NCBI GenBank assembly: GCA_963706575.1
Contig: CAVPNL010000004.1
Span: 64,001 to 128,000, forward strand
Length of the DNA: 64,000 nt
Source: an uncultured delta proteobacterium
GTDB lineage: Bacteria > Desulfobacterota > Desulfobacteria > Desulfobacterales > JAHEIW01
Reading direction: 5' to 3'
Under the pieces are notes generated by a model. That model made no database searches and was not told the DNA's origin. It worked only from the letters and a program-made list of their open reading frames with translations. The translations under genes and the position numbers were made by a program. Of this stretch, positions 1 to 9,372 are shown piece by piece. The stretch's first letter is position 1. Each line of letters starts with the position of its first letter.

Positions 1-56
1 AGGACTCGGCTAACCGTAAGGCGCCGCAAGGGTTGAAAGGCACTCAACGTCTTGGG
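1..56 (+). ncRNA. Candidate structured RNA (three-way junction), truncated by window start
   Basis: P1 AGGAC(1-5)/GTCTT(49-53); P2 CGGC(7-10)/GCCG(23-26) enclosing CC-GTAA-GG GNRA hairpin; P3 GTTGA(32-36)/TCAAC(44-48); terminator follows at 131-168. Confidence 0.3.
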
Positions 57-130
57 ATGTCCTTGCGCTACTTTTAACAATCAAATAGCCAGCGGATAAC
101 CCAATGGCGGTTTCCATGAGCTGAATTTCA

Positions 131-168
131 AAGCCCCACTTCTCATTAAGAGGTGGGGTCTTGTTTTT
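131..168 (+). terminator. Intrinsic terminator
   Basis: AAGCCCCACTTCT...AGAGGTGGGGTCTT hairpin followed by GTTTTT. Confidence 0.65.
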
Positions 169-328
169 GGGATATCGGGTTGATATCTGTTAAATTAACA
201 AAGTTTTAATATTCTCAATCATTATTTGACCCCACAATGGCATAAAAACAATTTCGAATATGCTCAGTTGGTAGAAATCGATGAATATAGACAATTGCGT
301 CTTGAGCTAAATAACAAGGAGATGTGTT

Positions 329-931
329 ATGTTTAGTTTGAGTAAACGCTCCAAGCGCATAATGTTATACTTCTTTGTAATAATATTTTCGTCAATCGGA
401 TATGCGGCAGGCGAACCCTTACACGATGCTGCAAAAAAAGGAGACATGGATCAGATAAATCGATTGATTGAAAATGGTGCCACTGTAGATGCCATGGACG
501 AAAACAGCAATACTCCTCTTTATATTGCAGTCGGTCAGGGCTACAAAGATGTTGTGGAACTTCTCATTTTAAAAGGCGCTAATGTAAATGCCGTTTGTTT
601 TCGTGGTTATACGCCTTTGCACTGGGCAGTAGCTGCTTTGGGAGGAGAAAGAGAATTGGCCGAACTGCTGATCGCAAAAGGCGCGAATTTAGATGCAGTT
701 GATCTTAAAGGTAGGACGCCGCTTTCCCATGCTGCTTATAGTGGGTACAATAAATTAGCTGAACTGTTGATCTCTAAAGGTGCTAATGTAAATGCAGTTG
801 ATAACAAAGGCCGGACTCCATTGGATTGGGCAACTTACAGTCGCCATAAAAATTTGGTGGAACTGCTCATTAGATCTGGTGGCGAAACTCGAACACCATG
901 GTCTGGCTCGCCTTATGGAAAATGGTTTTAA
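329..931 (+). CDS. Ankyrin-repeat protein with probable signal peptide
   Basis: About 5 repeats of G.TPLH.AA..G..E.VELLI.KGA.VNA.D; hydrophobic N-terminus; AAGGAG RBS. Confidence 0.9.
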   Translation: MFSLSKRSKRIMLYFFVIIFSSIGYAAGEPLHDAAKKGDMDQINRLIENGATVDAMDENSNTPLYIAVGQGYKDVVELLILKGANVNAVCFRGYTPLHWAVAALGGERELAELLIAKGANLDAVDLKGRTPLSHAAYSGYNKLAELLISKGANVNAVDNKGRTPLDWATYSRHKNLVELLIRSGGETRTPWSGSPYGKWF

Positions 932-958
932 GATTCTGATTCTTGAGACTGTACTGTT

Positions 959-2254
959 TTATAATCTGACCTTGATCGATCCGGCATGAGCTCCCAGTCC
1001 CTCGATTTCCGCCAGACGAATAATGTCGGGGGCTTCGCGCTCAAACGCCTTTTGCGTGTACTGAATCAGGCTGGTCTTTTTTATAAAATTGTCCACTGAA
1101 AGTGCGGATGCGAAGCGGGCGGTTCCGGCGGTGGGCAGCACGTGGTTGGGACCGGCGATATAATCGCCCACCGGCTCCGGGGTATAGTCGCCCAGAAATA
1201 CCGCACCGGCGTTGCGGATTTTGCCCACCACCTCTAAGGGATCCCTCGTTTGCAGTTCAAGGTGCTCCGGAGCGATACGGTTGGCCATTTCGATGGCAAC
1301 GCCGATATTCGGCACAACAATTACGGCCCCATACTTGGTCATAGATTCACTGGCAATTTCTGCGCGCGGTAGATCAGCAAGCTGCCCCTTAATTTCTTTG
1401 ACGACGGCTTGGGCCAGCTTTTTTGAATCGGTAATCAACAGGGCCGAGGATAAGACATCATGCTCGGCCTGGGACAGCAGATCCGCTGCGATAAAATCCG
1501 GGCGGGCGCTCTCATCGGCAATGATCAAAATCTCGCTGGGCCCGGCGATCATATCGATGCCGACGATGCCGACTAAAATTTTCTTGGCAAGCGTGACATA
1601 AATATTACCGGGCCCGACAATGACATCGACCTTGGGTATGGTTTCGGTTCCATAAGCCAGGGCCGCAATAGCCCAGGCGCTGCCGGCTTTATAAACGGCG
1701 TCGACACCGGTCTTTTTTGCAGCCACCAGCAAATGAGGGCTCACCCCGCCGCCCTTGGTCGGTGGCGTGACCATTGCGATCTGTTTGACACCCGCGACTT
1801 TGGCAGGAATCACACCCATCAGCACCGAAGACACCAGTGGGGTCCGCCCTCCCCTGGCGCCGGGCACATAAACCCCGGCCGCATCCACCGGATGGATCAG
1901 CTGGCCCAGCAAGGTCCCGGGCCGATCGGTTTGCATCCAGGACCTGCGCAGCTGCTGCTCGTGAAATCGTTTGATATTCGCCGCCGCCCGGTTTAAGGCC
2001 CGCTTAAAAGACCGATCAACCTTTTTGGCTGCATCCGAAAATTCTTTATCCGTCACCTGCTGCGACTGAATCGTCACGCGCGCGGAGTCAAACTTCCGGG
2101 TATAGGACACAACCGCCTGGTCTCCTCGTTTGCGGACATTTTCGCAGATGCGGCTAACGGCCGCCATATCTTTTTTATCAAATGCCAGACCGCGATTGAC
2201 AATTCGGTTAATGCGCTGCTCGGCCGAGCGCGACGGATGGTTGTAAATTTTCAT
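959..2254 (-). CDS. hisD: Histidinol dehydrogenase
   Basis: GVYVPG, GPGNIYV, DMIAGPSE, DLLSQAEHD, APEHLE, GDY.AGPNHVLPT motifs. Confidence 0.97.
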   Translation of the reverse strand: MKIYNHPSRSAEQRINRIVNRGLAFDKKDMAAVSRICENVRKRGDQAVVSYTRKFDSARVTIQSQQVTDKEFSDAAKKVDRSFKRALNRAAANIKRFHEQQLRRSWMQTDRPGTLLGQLIHPVDAAGVYVPGARGGRTPLVSSVLMGVIPAKVAGVKQIAMVTPPTKGGGVSPHLLVAAKKTGVDAVYKAGSAWAIAALAYGTETIPKVDVIVGPGNIYVTLAKKILVGIVGIDMIAGPSEILIIADESARPDFIAADLLSQAEHDVLSSALLITDSKKLAQAVVKEIKGQLADLPRAEIASESMTKYGAVIVVPNIGVAIEMANRIAPEHLELQTRDPLEVVGKIRNAGAVFLGDYTPEPVGDYIAGPNHVLPTAGTARFASALSVDNFIKKTSLIQYTQKAFEREAPDIIRLAEIEGLGAHAGSIKVRL

Positions 2255-2274
2255 AGCTATATCCTTCCTTTGTA

Positions 2275-2446
2275 GAACCTATCTCAATCTGCCTGGGGCG
2301 CATATCGCGGCAAGATGCCGCTCCCACAGTTGACAATGTGATGTGGCAGTGGCTTCGACTCGGCTGAGCCCTTCGGCCGTGAGCTCAGGGCCGAACGGCT
2401 CGTCGCAGGCCAGCCACGAATGGTCTGCTATTTTTGAAATAGGTTC
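2275..2446. mobile_element. MITE-like element carrying nested REPIN and palindromic inserts
   Basis: TIR GAACCTATCTCAA (2275-2287) / TTGAAATAGGTTC (2434-2446); same termini as 13884-14027. Confidence 0.7.
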
Positions 2447-2514
2447 AACATACAGATGCTGGTTACATATAGAGGATTTAGGGTGATCTTTGCAAGTAAT
2501 AACCGGCAAAGATC

Positions 2515-2543
2515 TTGACATTCCCCTTCAATCCGAATATGAA
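2515..2543 (+). promoter_or_regulatory. Putative sigma70 promoter of aor
   Basis: TTGACA-17 bp-TATGAA. Confidence 0.4.
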
Positions 2544-2650
2544 AATTAGGGATATACTTGCCGACATTTATCGAACGATTAACCAGAAATTACAATTAAA
2601 CACAACAGATCAATAGTGACCTATCATTTAACTCAAAAAAGGAGGTGCAC

Positions 2651-4393
2651 ATGGACAAGATTTTAAGAATCAACATGGGTGCGGATGGAGGCCCGGCGAT
2701 TAATACTGAGCCCGCAGGGGATTATGCCGGCTCAGGCGGTCGTGGCTTAACCTCAGCCATCGTCTCAAAAGAAGTTCCTCCATTATGTCACCCGCTGGGA
2801 GAAGATAACAAACTGGTTATCGCTCCCGGGCTTTTAAGCGGCTCAACTGCGGCAATGTCCGGACGCATATCTGTGGGCTGTAAGAGCCCGTTAACCGGCG
2901 GCATTAAAGAAGCCAATGCCGGCGGACAGCCATCACAAATGCTCGGTCGCTTGGGCTATGCCGCCATCGTACTGGAAGGTAAACCCCAAAAAGAGGCCAT
3001 TTATAAAATTATAATCAATAAAGATGGAGTCGACATTCAGGAAGCCAATGAACTGTGCATGCTGGGAAATTATGACACGGTCGATAAAATGAAAGCTGAA
3101 TACGGCGAAAAAATAAGTTGCATCTCCATCGGCCCGGCCGGTGAAATGAAATTGGCCGGCGCTTCCATCGCCTTCACGGATATGGAGCTCAGACCCACCC
3201 GTCACGCCGGTCGCGGTGGTGTCGGCGCGGTCATGGGATCAAAGGGAGTAAAGGTTATCGTTATCGATGATGCCGGGATGAAGATGAGACAGCCCCAGGA
3301 CCCGGATGCTTTCAAAGAAGCCAACAAGGAATGGGTCGCCGGGCTGAAAAAACACCCGGTTAGCGGTGAAGGATTGCCGGCATACGGTACCAATGTACTA
3401 ACAAATGTCATTAATGAAGCCGGTGCGTATCCGACAAATAACTTTCTTAAAGGCCAATTTGATGGCGCCAATAATATCAGCGGGGAAACCCAGGCGGAGT
3501 TGGAAGATGCCCGGGGTGGCAAAGGCTCTTCAACTCACGGTTGCCACCGGGGCTGTATCATTCGCTGTTCCGGTACGTTTTATGATAAGGACGGCCAATA
3601 TGTGACCAAACAACCCGAATATGAAACCGTCTGGGCCCATGGCGGAAACTGCGGTATCGATGACCTGGATGCCATCGCACAGCTGGATCGCCTGGATGAT
3701 GATTTCGGGCTGGATACAATTGAAATGGGTGCCACTATAGCAGTCGCCATGGAGGCCGGGCTGGCTAAGTTTGGCGATGCCGAAGCCGCCATCAAACTGG
3801 TCAAGGAAGTCGGCGAAGGAACGCCATTGGGACGAGTTCTTGGCAGCGGCGCTGCCGTAACCGGAAAGGTTTTCGGCGTGGAGAGAGTCCCCGTGGTCAA
3901 GGGACAGTCCATGCCGGCCTACGACCCCCGCGCAGTTATGGGCATCGGGGTAACCTATGCCACCACCACAATGGGTGCAGATCATACCGCCGGTTATGCC
4001 GTCGCATCCAACATTATGGGTGTCGGCGGAAGTGTGGATCCTTTGAAGCCGGAAGGACAGATCGAGCTATCCAGAAACCTGCAGATTGCTACGGCTGCAG
4101 TTGATGCGACCGGTATGTGTCTGTTCGTTGCTTTTCCGGTGCTGGATCAACCGGAAACATTTCAGGCTTTAATCGACATGATTAACACCTTTTATGGTTT
4201 GAGTCTGACTGCCGATGACGTGACAGAGCTGGGCAAATCTATTCTAAAGAATGAACGCGAATTTAACCTGGCGGCCGGTCTAAATTCTAAACATGATCGC
4301 TTACCCGATTACTTTAAGAAAGAAAAGCTGCCGCCGCATGATATTACGTTCCAGGTAACAGATGAAGAGTTGGATGAGGTTTTTAATTGGTAA
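2651..4393 (+). CDS. aor: Aldehyde:ferredoxin oxidoreductase (W/Mo-pterin AOR family)
   Basis: GGRG, KSPLTGGIKEANAGG, AGRGGVGAVMGSK, CxxGCxxxC (CHRGCIIRC), GLDTI; ATG 2651 after AGGAGG. Confidence 0.92.
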   Translation: MDKILRINMGADGGPAINTEPAGDYAGSGGRGLTSAIVSKEVPPLCHPLGEDNKLVIAPGLLSGSTAAMSGRISVGCKSPLTGGIKEANAGGQPSQMLGRLGYAAIVLEGKPQKEAIYKIIINKDGVDIQEANELCMLGNYDTVDKMKAEYGEKISCISIGPAGEMKLAGASIAFTDMELRPTRHAGRGGVGAVMGSKGVKVIVIDDAGMKMRQPQDPDAFKEANKEWVAGLKKHPVSGEGLPAYGTNVLTNVINEAGAYPTNNFLKGQFDGANNISGETQAELEDARGGKGSSTHGCHRGCIIRCSGTFYDKDGQYVTKQPEYETVWAHGGNCGIDDLDAIAQLDRLDDDFGLDTIEMGATIAVAMEAGLAKFGDAEAAIKLVKEVGEGTPLGRVLGSGAAVTGKVFGVERVPVVKGQSMPAYDPRAVMGIGVTYATTTMGADHTAGYAVASNIMGVGGSVDPLKPEGQIELSRNLQIATAAVDATGMCLFVAFPVLDQPETFQALIDMINTFYGLSLTADDVTELGKSILKNEREFNLAAGLNSKHDRLPDYFKKEKLPPHDITFQVTDEELDEVFNW

Positions 4394-4414
4394 TTAATAA
4401 ATAGTCGGAATCGT

Positions 4415-4450
4415 AAAATGGGGAGATCTGAAACGGGTCTCCCTATTTTT
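4415..4450 (+). terminator. Intrinsic terminator after aor
   Basis: AAAATGGGGAGATCTG-AAA-CGGGTCTCCCTATTTTT. Confidence 0.7.
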
Positions 4451-4520
4451 GATACACGTCCAGCTGAAGTAACAAAAACTTATTTCGACGATAGAAAATA
4501 AAACCTAACACGACGATATT

Positions 4521-5114
4521 ATGAAAATATACATCGTTACCACGAATGAGCTGTTGCCTAAGTTTTTCAAACTATTGGAGCAGGGCTTTATTGTCAAAAC
4601 CCAGGCAGGTTGCAGTATTAAGGATCTGCTCTGTGAGCAACTGCAAATTGAAGAAGAATATCTCGATAAAAGAATCCAGACCCTATTTCTGAACGGAAAG
4701 GCGGTGGATAATGCGGAAAGGGCTTACATTCAAGATAATGCGACGCTGGCACTCTCCGCCGCAATGCCGGGTCTGGTAGGGGCCACGTTTCGCAAGGGCG
4801 GTACCTATGCTGCAATGCGAAATACGATTTCCTATAACGCAGAAATATCAAATAAAGACAAGGGTGAAGCCCGGGTAAAATTAAAGCTCTTTAATATGGT
4901 ATTAAAAGAGCTAGGCCCCCTTTTTCTGACAAATGGGGTGTGGATCCGTCAAGAAAAGTTTGACGAATTTCTATCTCGATATTTAAAGGAAATAAAGGCC
5001 GCCTGCTCCTTAATTCATTTAAATGACGAGAAAGTTGATATCGTCAAACTTGAACAAATGAATTTGAAAAACACGGAGATATTTTTACAGGTCAGATCTG
5101 AAAAATCAGCCTGA
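4521..5114 (+). CDS. Hypothetical protein, possibly with ThiS/MoaD-like N-terminal fold
   Basis: 197-aa ORF; IQTLFLNGK.VD...TLALS segment resembles the beta-grasp pattern; follows aor. Confidence 0.6.
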   Translation: MKIYIVTTNELLPKFFKLLEQGFIVKTQAGCSIKDLLCEQLQIEEEYLDKRIQTLFLNGKAVDNAERAYIQDNATLALSAAMPGLVGATFRKGGTYAAMRNTISYNAEISNKDKGEARVKLKLFNMVLKELGPLFLTNGVWIRQEKFDEFLSRYLKEIKAACSLIHLNDEKVDIVKLEQMNLKNTEIFLQVRSEKSA

Positions 5115-5174
5115 TTGAATACGAATTGTGGCCTATCACCTTTAACATCTAAAATAGCAGATCAAGCCTATTCT

Positions 5175-5235
5175 TCTCCCGCTTAGCGGGATCCCACATC
5201 GCCTTATAACAGTGGGAGCGGCATCTTGCCGCGAT
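5175..5235. repeat. REPIN (inverted GTGGGA-type REP pair)
   Basis: TCTCCCGCTTAGCGGGATCCCAC (5175-5197) + GTGGGAGCGGCATCTTGCCGCGAT (5212-5235; exact reverse complement of 2304-2327). Confidence 0.75.
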
Positions 5236-5269
5236 ACGATATAGCAAAAAGCATTTTTGTAATAGCGCA

Positions 5270-5303
5270 TTAAAAAGACTGCCGACATCGGCAGCCTTTT
5301 TAA
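5270..5303. terminator. Bidirectional terminator
   Basis: TTAAAAAGACTGCCGA-CA-TCGGCAGCCTTTTTAA between convergent genes. Confidence 0.7.
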
Positions 5304-5329
5304 TTGATCAAACCGCCTGGATACAAACA

Positions 5330-6508
5330 TCAGCCACACAATTCAAACAATGCCGCGGCACCCATACCTCCGCCGATGCACATGGATTCCACACCGTATT
5401 TGACACCGCGCTGCTGCATGTTGTTGAGCAGGGTAGCGCACAGTTTGGCGCCGGTGCAGCCCAGCGGATGGCCCAGGGCAATGGCGCCGCCATGAATGTT
5501 GACGTTTTGCCGATCGATCCCCAGCTCATCGATGCAGTAAATGGCCTGAGAGGCAAAGGCTTCGTTGATCTCAAACAGATTGATATCTTTCAGATCCATA
5601 TCGGCCAGCTTCATCAACTTGGGGATGGCCAGCTTGGGTCCGATTCCCATCTCATCCGGCCGGCAGCCCACGGTGGTATAACACTTGAATTTGGCAATCG
5701 GTTTGACACCCAGGGCTTTGACTTTGCCTTCACTCATAATAACGCTGGCGGCGGCCCCGTCGGTCATCTGGGATGAGTTGCCGGCGGTAACGGATCCGCC
5801 GGCGGCAAATGCCGGATTAAGACCGGCCAGTCCCTCCAGGGTCGTATCCTCCCGGATGCCGTCGTCAAAATCCTGCAAAAAGGTTTCTTTTTTATAGGTC
5901 CCGTCTTTCTGTTGCACATAGCGGGTGGCCGGTGTGGCCACAATTTCCTTAAAGTGCTTTTTGTTTTTGGCCTCGGCCGCTTTCATCTGGGATTGATAGG
6001 CAAATTCATCCTGGGCCTCACGGGGCACCTTGTACCGGTTGGCCACATTTTCAGCGGTAATGCCCATGGAGGCATACAGATCGGCCAGTTTTCTGGTGTA
6101 TTCCGGATGCGGCCGCGGCAGGTTCCCGCCCATGGGAACATAGGTCATGGATTCCAGACCGCCCCCGATGACAATATCCGACCAGCCGGCCATCACCCGC
6201 ATGGCAGCCTGGGCAATGGCTTCCAGGCCGGAAGCGCAGAAGCGGTTTACGGTGGCGCCGGTCACATCCACCGGAAAACCGGCAATCTGGGAGGCCACCC
6301 GCCCGATGTTAAGACCCTGCTCGGCTTCCGGAAAAGAGCAGCCGATCATAATGTCCTCCACATCCTTTTTTTCCAGGTTTTGCGTTTTTTCAACGGCTGC
6401 GCTCAGAATAAAGGACAGCAAATCCTCCGGCCGGGTATCTTTAAACGCCCCTTTACTGCGTTTGCATCCCGGTGTCCGAATCGATGTAACGATATAAGCA
6501 TCTCTCAT
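5330..6508 (-). CDS. fadA: Acetyl-CoA C-acyltransferase (thiolase)
   Basis: VNRFCASG, NEAFA, GAIALGHPLG.TGA, MCIGGGMG motifs. Confidence 0.95.
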   Translation of the reverse strand: MRDAYIVTSIRTPGCKRSKGAFKDTRPEDLLSFILSAAVEKTQNLEKKDVEDIMIGCSFPEAEQGLNIGRVASQIAGFPVDVTGATVNRFCASGLEAIAQAAMRVMAGWSDIVIGGGLESMTYVPMGGNLPRPHPEYTRKLADLYASMGITAENVANRYKVPREAQDEFAYQSQMKAAEAKNKKHFKEIVATPATRYVQQKDGTYKKETFLQDFDDGIREDTTLEGLAGLNPAFAAGGSVTAGNSSQMTDGAAASVIMSEGKVKALGVKPIAKFKCYTTVGCRPDEMGIGPKLAIPKLMKLADMDLKDINLFEINEAFASQAIYCIDELGIDRQNVNIHGGAIALGHPLGCTGAKLCATLLNNMQQRGVKYGVESMCIGGGMGAAALFELCG

Positions 6509-6532
6509 GATCGCTCCTCCTATTTATGGCTT

Positions 6533-6610
6533 TCGCGGCTGGAAGCCGCTCCCACAAGCAGGCACTTCCGCATATCACCCTGGGCGAGTGGGAGCGACTT
6601 CCAGTCGCGA
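6533..6610. repeat. REPIN (inverted GTGGGA-type REP pair)
   Basis: TCGCGGCTGGAAGCCGCTCCCAC ... GTGGGAGCGACTTCCAGTCGCGA. Confidence 0.8.
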
Positions 6611-6635
6611 TTGTAACCGAATAAAAAATAAATTG

Positions 6636-9042
6636 CTAATTCCGCAAGGGTTTACCGGTGGTCAGCATATGATCAATGCGCGCCAGGGTCTTTTCTTCTT
6701 TCAAAAGTTCCAGAAAGGCTTCACGCTCGAGGGTCAAAATAACATCTTCGGCCACTTCTGAATTGTCCCGCACATCTCCGCCGCTGATGACATAGGCAAT
6801 CTTTTTGGCCAGAAAGGCATCATACTCGGAGATAAATTTGCCGCTTAGCATATTGGATATTTCGGCGTTCACCATGCCCTGGGCGGCCTGACCCAGCACT
6901 TTTATTTTCCTTCTGGGCGGCGGCGCATAGCCCTCGTCCACCATTTTTAGAACGTCTTTTTTGGCCTCACCGATGAGATAGTCTCGATTAAACACGATGC
7001 GATCGCGGGGCCCCAGGAAACCATTGGCCCGGGCATCAGCAGCCGATGTGGAAACTTTGGCCATGGCGATAGCCATAAATACCGGCAGAAAAAATTTGGC
7101 CAGATCAAAACCGGTCACCGCCTCCGGAACCGAACTTAAGAATTTTTTCATAAGGTTCAGGCAAGCCCCGCCGGCAGGGACCAAACCGACACCAATTTCG
7201 ACCTGTCCCATATACAGCTCGGCGTGAGCGACGATCTTATCCGCCGCCAGGCAAACCTCACACCCACCGCCGAGGGTCAATCCATAAGGGGCTGCGACCA
7301 CCGGAAAGCCGGCGTACCTGAGATCCTGAAGTCCGTATTGCAGATTTTTGACCATCAGATCGATGCCCGCATATTCGCCTTCCTTTACGGCAGCGGCCAC
7401 ATCGGCCAGATTGGCACCGGCTGAAAAGGCACCCGGCATCCCCCCGGCCTGATTGCCGATCACCAGACCGAGGCCTTCTTTATCGGTAAATTCTCTGGCT
7501 TCATGAACCGCTTCCACGATTTGCTGATTCAACGAATTCAGCTTGGTGTGAAACTCCAGGCAGAAAACGCCGTCATCCAGGTCGATGAGGCTGGCTGATT
7601 CAGATGTCTTGACGGCTTTGCCTTTAGCCTTCACAGCTGTCAGGTAAATAATGTTTTCGCTGATCACCTGTTCTTTGTAGCTTTCAGATTCAAAATCATA
7701 GTAAAACACCGTGCCGTTTTCCGTTTTGTAAAATGAAGTGTTGCCGGATTTGAGCATCTGCTGGATTTTTTGCGGCACATCAAATCCTTCTTTTTGCATG
7801 CGCTCGACAGCGGTTGCCAGACCGATGGCATCCCAGGTTTCAAACGGCCCCATCTCCAGATTAAAGCCCCAACTTCATGGCATTGTCGATATCCACAATG
7901 GTATCTGAAATTTCCGGAATCCGGTTGGCGGCATAAATCAGATTATTGGCGACCGCTTTCCAGGCAAATTTGGCGCCCTTGTCTTCACCATACACAACGG
8001 TCTGCATTTTTTGCGGCAGGGTCTTGGCTTTTCGCGCTGCCGCCAGACAGGGTAATTCCGGCGGTCGGGCCTCTTCATATTCAAGGGTTGCCGGATCGAT
8101 GACTTTGCGGATTTTCTGCCAGTCCGGTGTCAGGTCGGTTTTATAAAATCCGCTCTGACTTTTTTTGCCCAGTAAATTCTTATCGATCATGGTATTTACG
8201 AACTCCGGCAGAACAAAACTTTCACGGTCCTCATCATGAGCGATCATCTCATAGGTATTACTGGCCACATGGGCCAGGGTATCCAGCCCCACGATATCGG
8301 CTGTTTTAAACATACCGGTTCGGGGTCTGCCCATGACCGGTCCGAACAGGGCATCCACCTCCGGAATGCTGATCCCTTCCTCCAGCATCAGCTGCATCAC
8401 CTTCACCATGCCCTGCACACCGATTCGATTGCCGACAAAATTTGGGGTGTCTTTGGCCCACACAATTCCTTTGCCCAAAATTCGTTCCCCAAAGTCGGCC
8501 ATAAATTCAAGAATCTCGCTCAGGGTTTCTTCTCCGGGAATAATTTCAAGCAGCTTCATATATCTGACCGGATTAAAAAAGTGGGTTCCCAGAAAGTGCT
8601 GCTTAAATTCTTTGCCGCACCCTTTGGACATCGCCTTTAACGGGATGCCGGAGGTGTTCGTAGAAACGATGGTGTCTTTTTTGCGAACCGGCTCAATTCG
8701 CTTTAAAAGATCCTGTTTAATCTTTAAGTTTTCAACGACGACCTCGACAATCCAGTCGCAATCGGCAATCTTTTCAAAATCATCTTCCAGATTGCCAATG
8801 GTAATGCGTTCCGCATCCCGGGGGGACATAAAAAGCGCCGGTTGGATCGCCAACGCGGCATCCAGACCGGCCTTCACGATTCGGTTGCGTGTCAGCGGAT
8901 CCTTTTTTTCTTCCGCCTTTAAATTCGCCGGCACGATATCCAGCAAAAGTGTTTTTATGCCGGCCCCGGCCAGCAAGGCGGCGATACCGCCCCCCATAAT
9001 TCCTGAACCGATGACAGCGGCAGATTGAATCTTCCTTGGCAT
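6636..9042 (-). pseudogene. fadN: 3-hydroxyacyl-CoA dehydrogenase / enoyl-CoA hydratase (FadN-type) split by a 1-nt insertion at about 7871 (true pseudogene or assembly error)
   Basis: GSGIMGGG, EVVVEN, NTSG, HFFNP in the 5' ORF; crotonase motifs FSAGAN, LGGGCE in the 3' ORF; removing one T gives continuous NAMKWGFNLEMGPFETWD; ATG 9042 after GAGGAGG. Confidence 0.85.
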
Positions 9043-9075
9043 AATGGCCTCCTCGTCAATAGTGGGCAAGTTTAA

Positions 9076-9093
9076 TGAATGAATATTCATTCA
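9076..9093. promoter_or_regulatory. FadR(YsiA)-type operator
   Basis: Perfect palindrome TGAATGAATATTCATTCA 33 bp upstream of the fadN start; weaker copy at 9249-9266. Confidence 0.75.
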
Positions 9094-9341
9094 CTTATCA
9101 AAGACATTATTTGCCTGTCAAGCAAAAAACCACATCGCTTCAAAATAGAAGGATGTGTTTATAATATATAATTTCAAATAATTATATAAATAAGTATCTT
9201 GGAAACCAATAATAAGAAAATTAGAATGGATTTATAAGAAAAATGATAAAAGTGAATAATCATTCAATTAGGCGCATTGGTATGATTTTCAAAGGTCGTG
9301 TGGTTGCTGTGGAAAACAGAAAATAAGGGTTAACATTTTAG

Positions 9342-9372
9342 TAGAAGTGGTCTCAAAACACCAGATCAGGTT
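9342..9372. repeat. Solo MITE-end-like repeat
   Basis: TAGAAGTGGTCTCAAAACACCAGATCAGGTT, 27/31 identical to 38719-38749. Confidence 0.6.

Noticed and set aside
7..110. c-di-GMP-I (GEMM) or c-di-AMP riboswitch
   Set aside because: Only superficial word matches; the GNRA stem is too short and no tetraloop receptor or ydaO core is recognisable. Kept only as an unassigned RNA candidate.
2279..2521. Short ORFs over repeat elements (also 12034-12357, 15722-16033, 36409-36591)
   Set aside because: Translations of MITE, REP or tandem-repeat DNA with no recognisable protein features.
7853..7880. Programmed ribosomal frameshift in fadN
   Set aside because: No canonical slippery heptamer; a single-base deletion restores the conserved KWGF motif.
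5912..9028. Long antisense ORFs (5912-6616, 8333-9028) and similar ones elsewhere
   Set aside because: Antisense shadows of well-supported genes.
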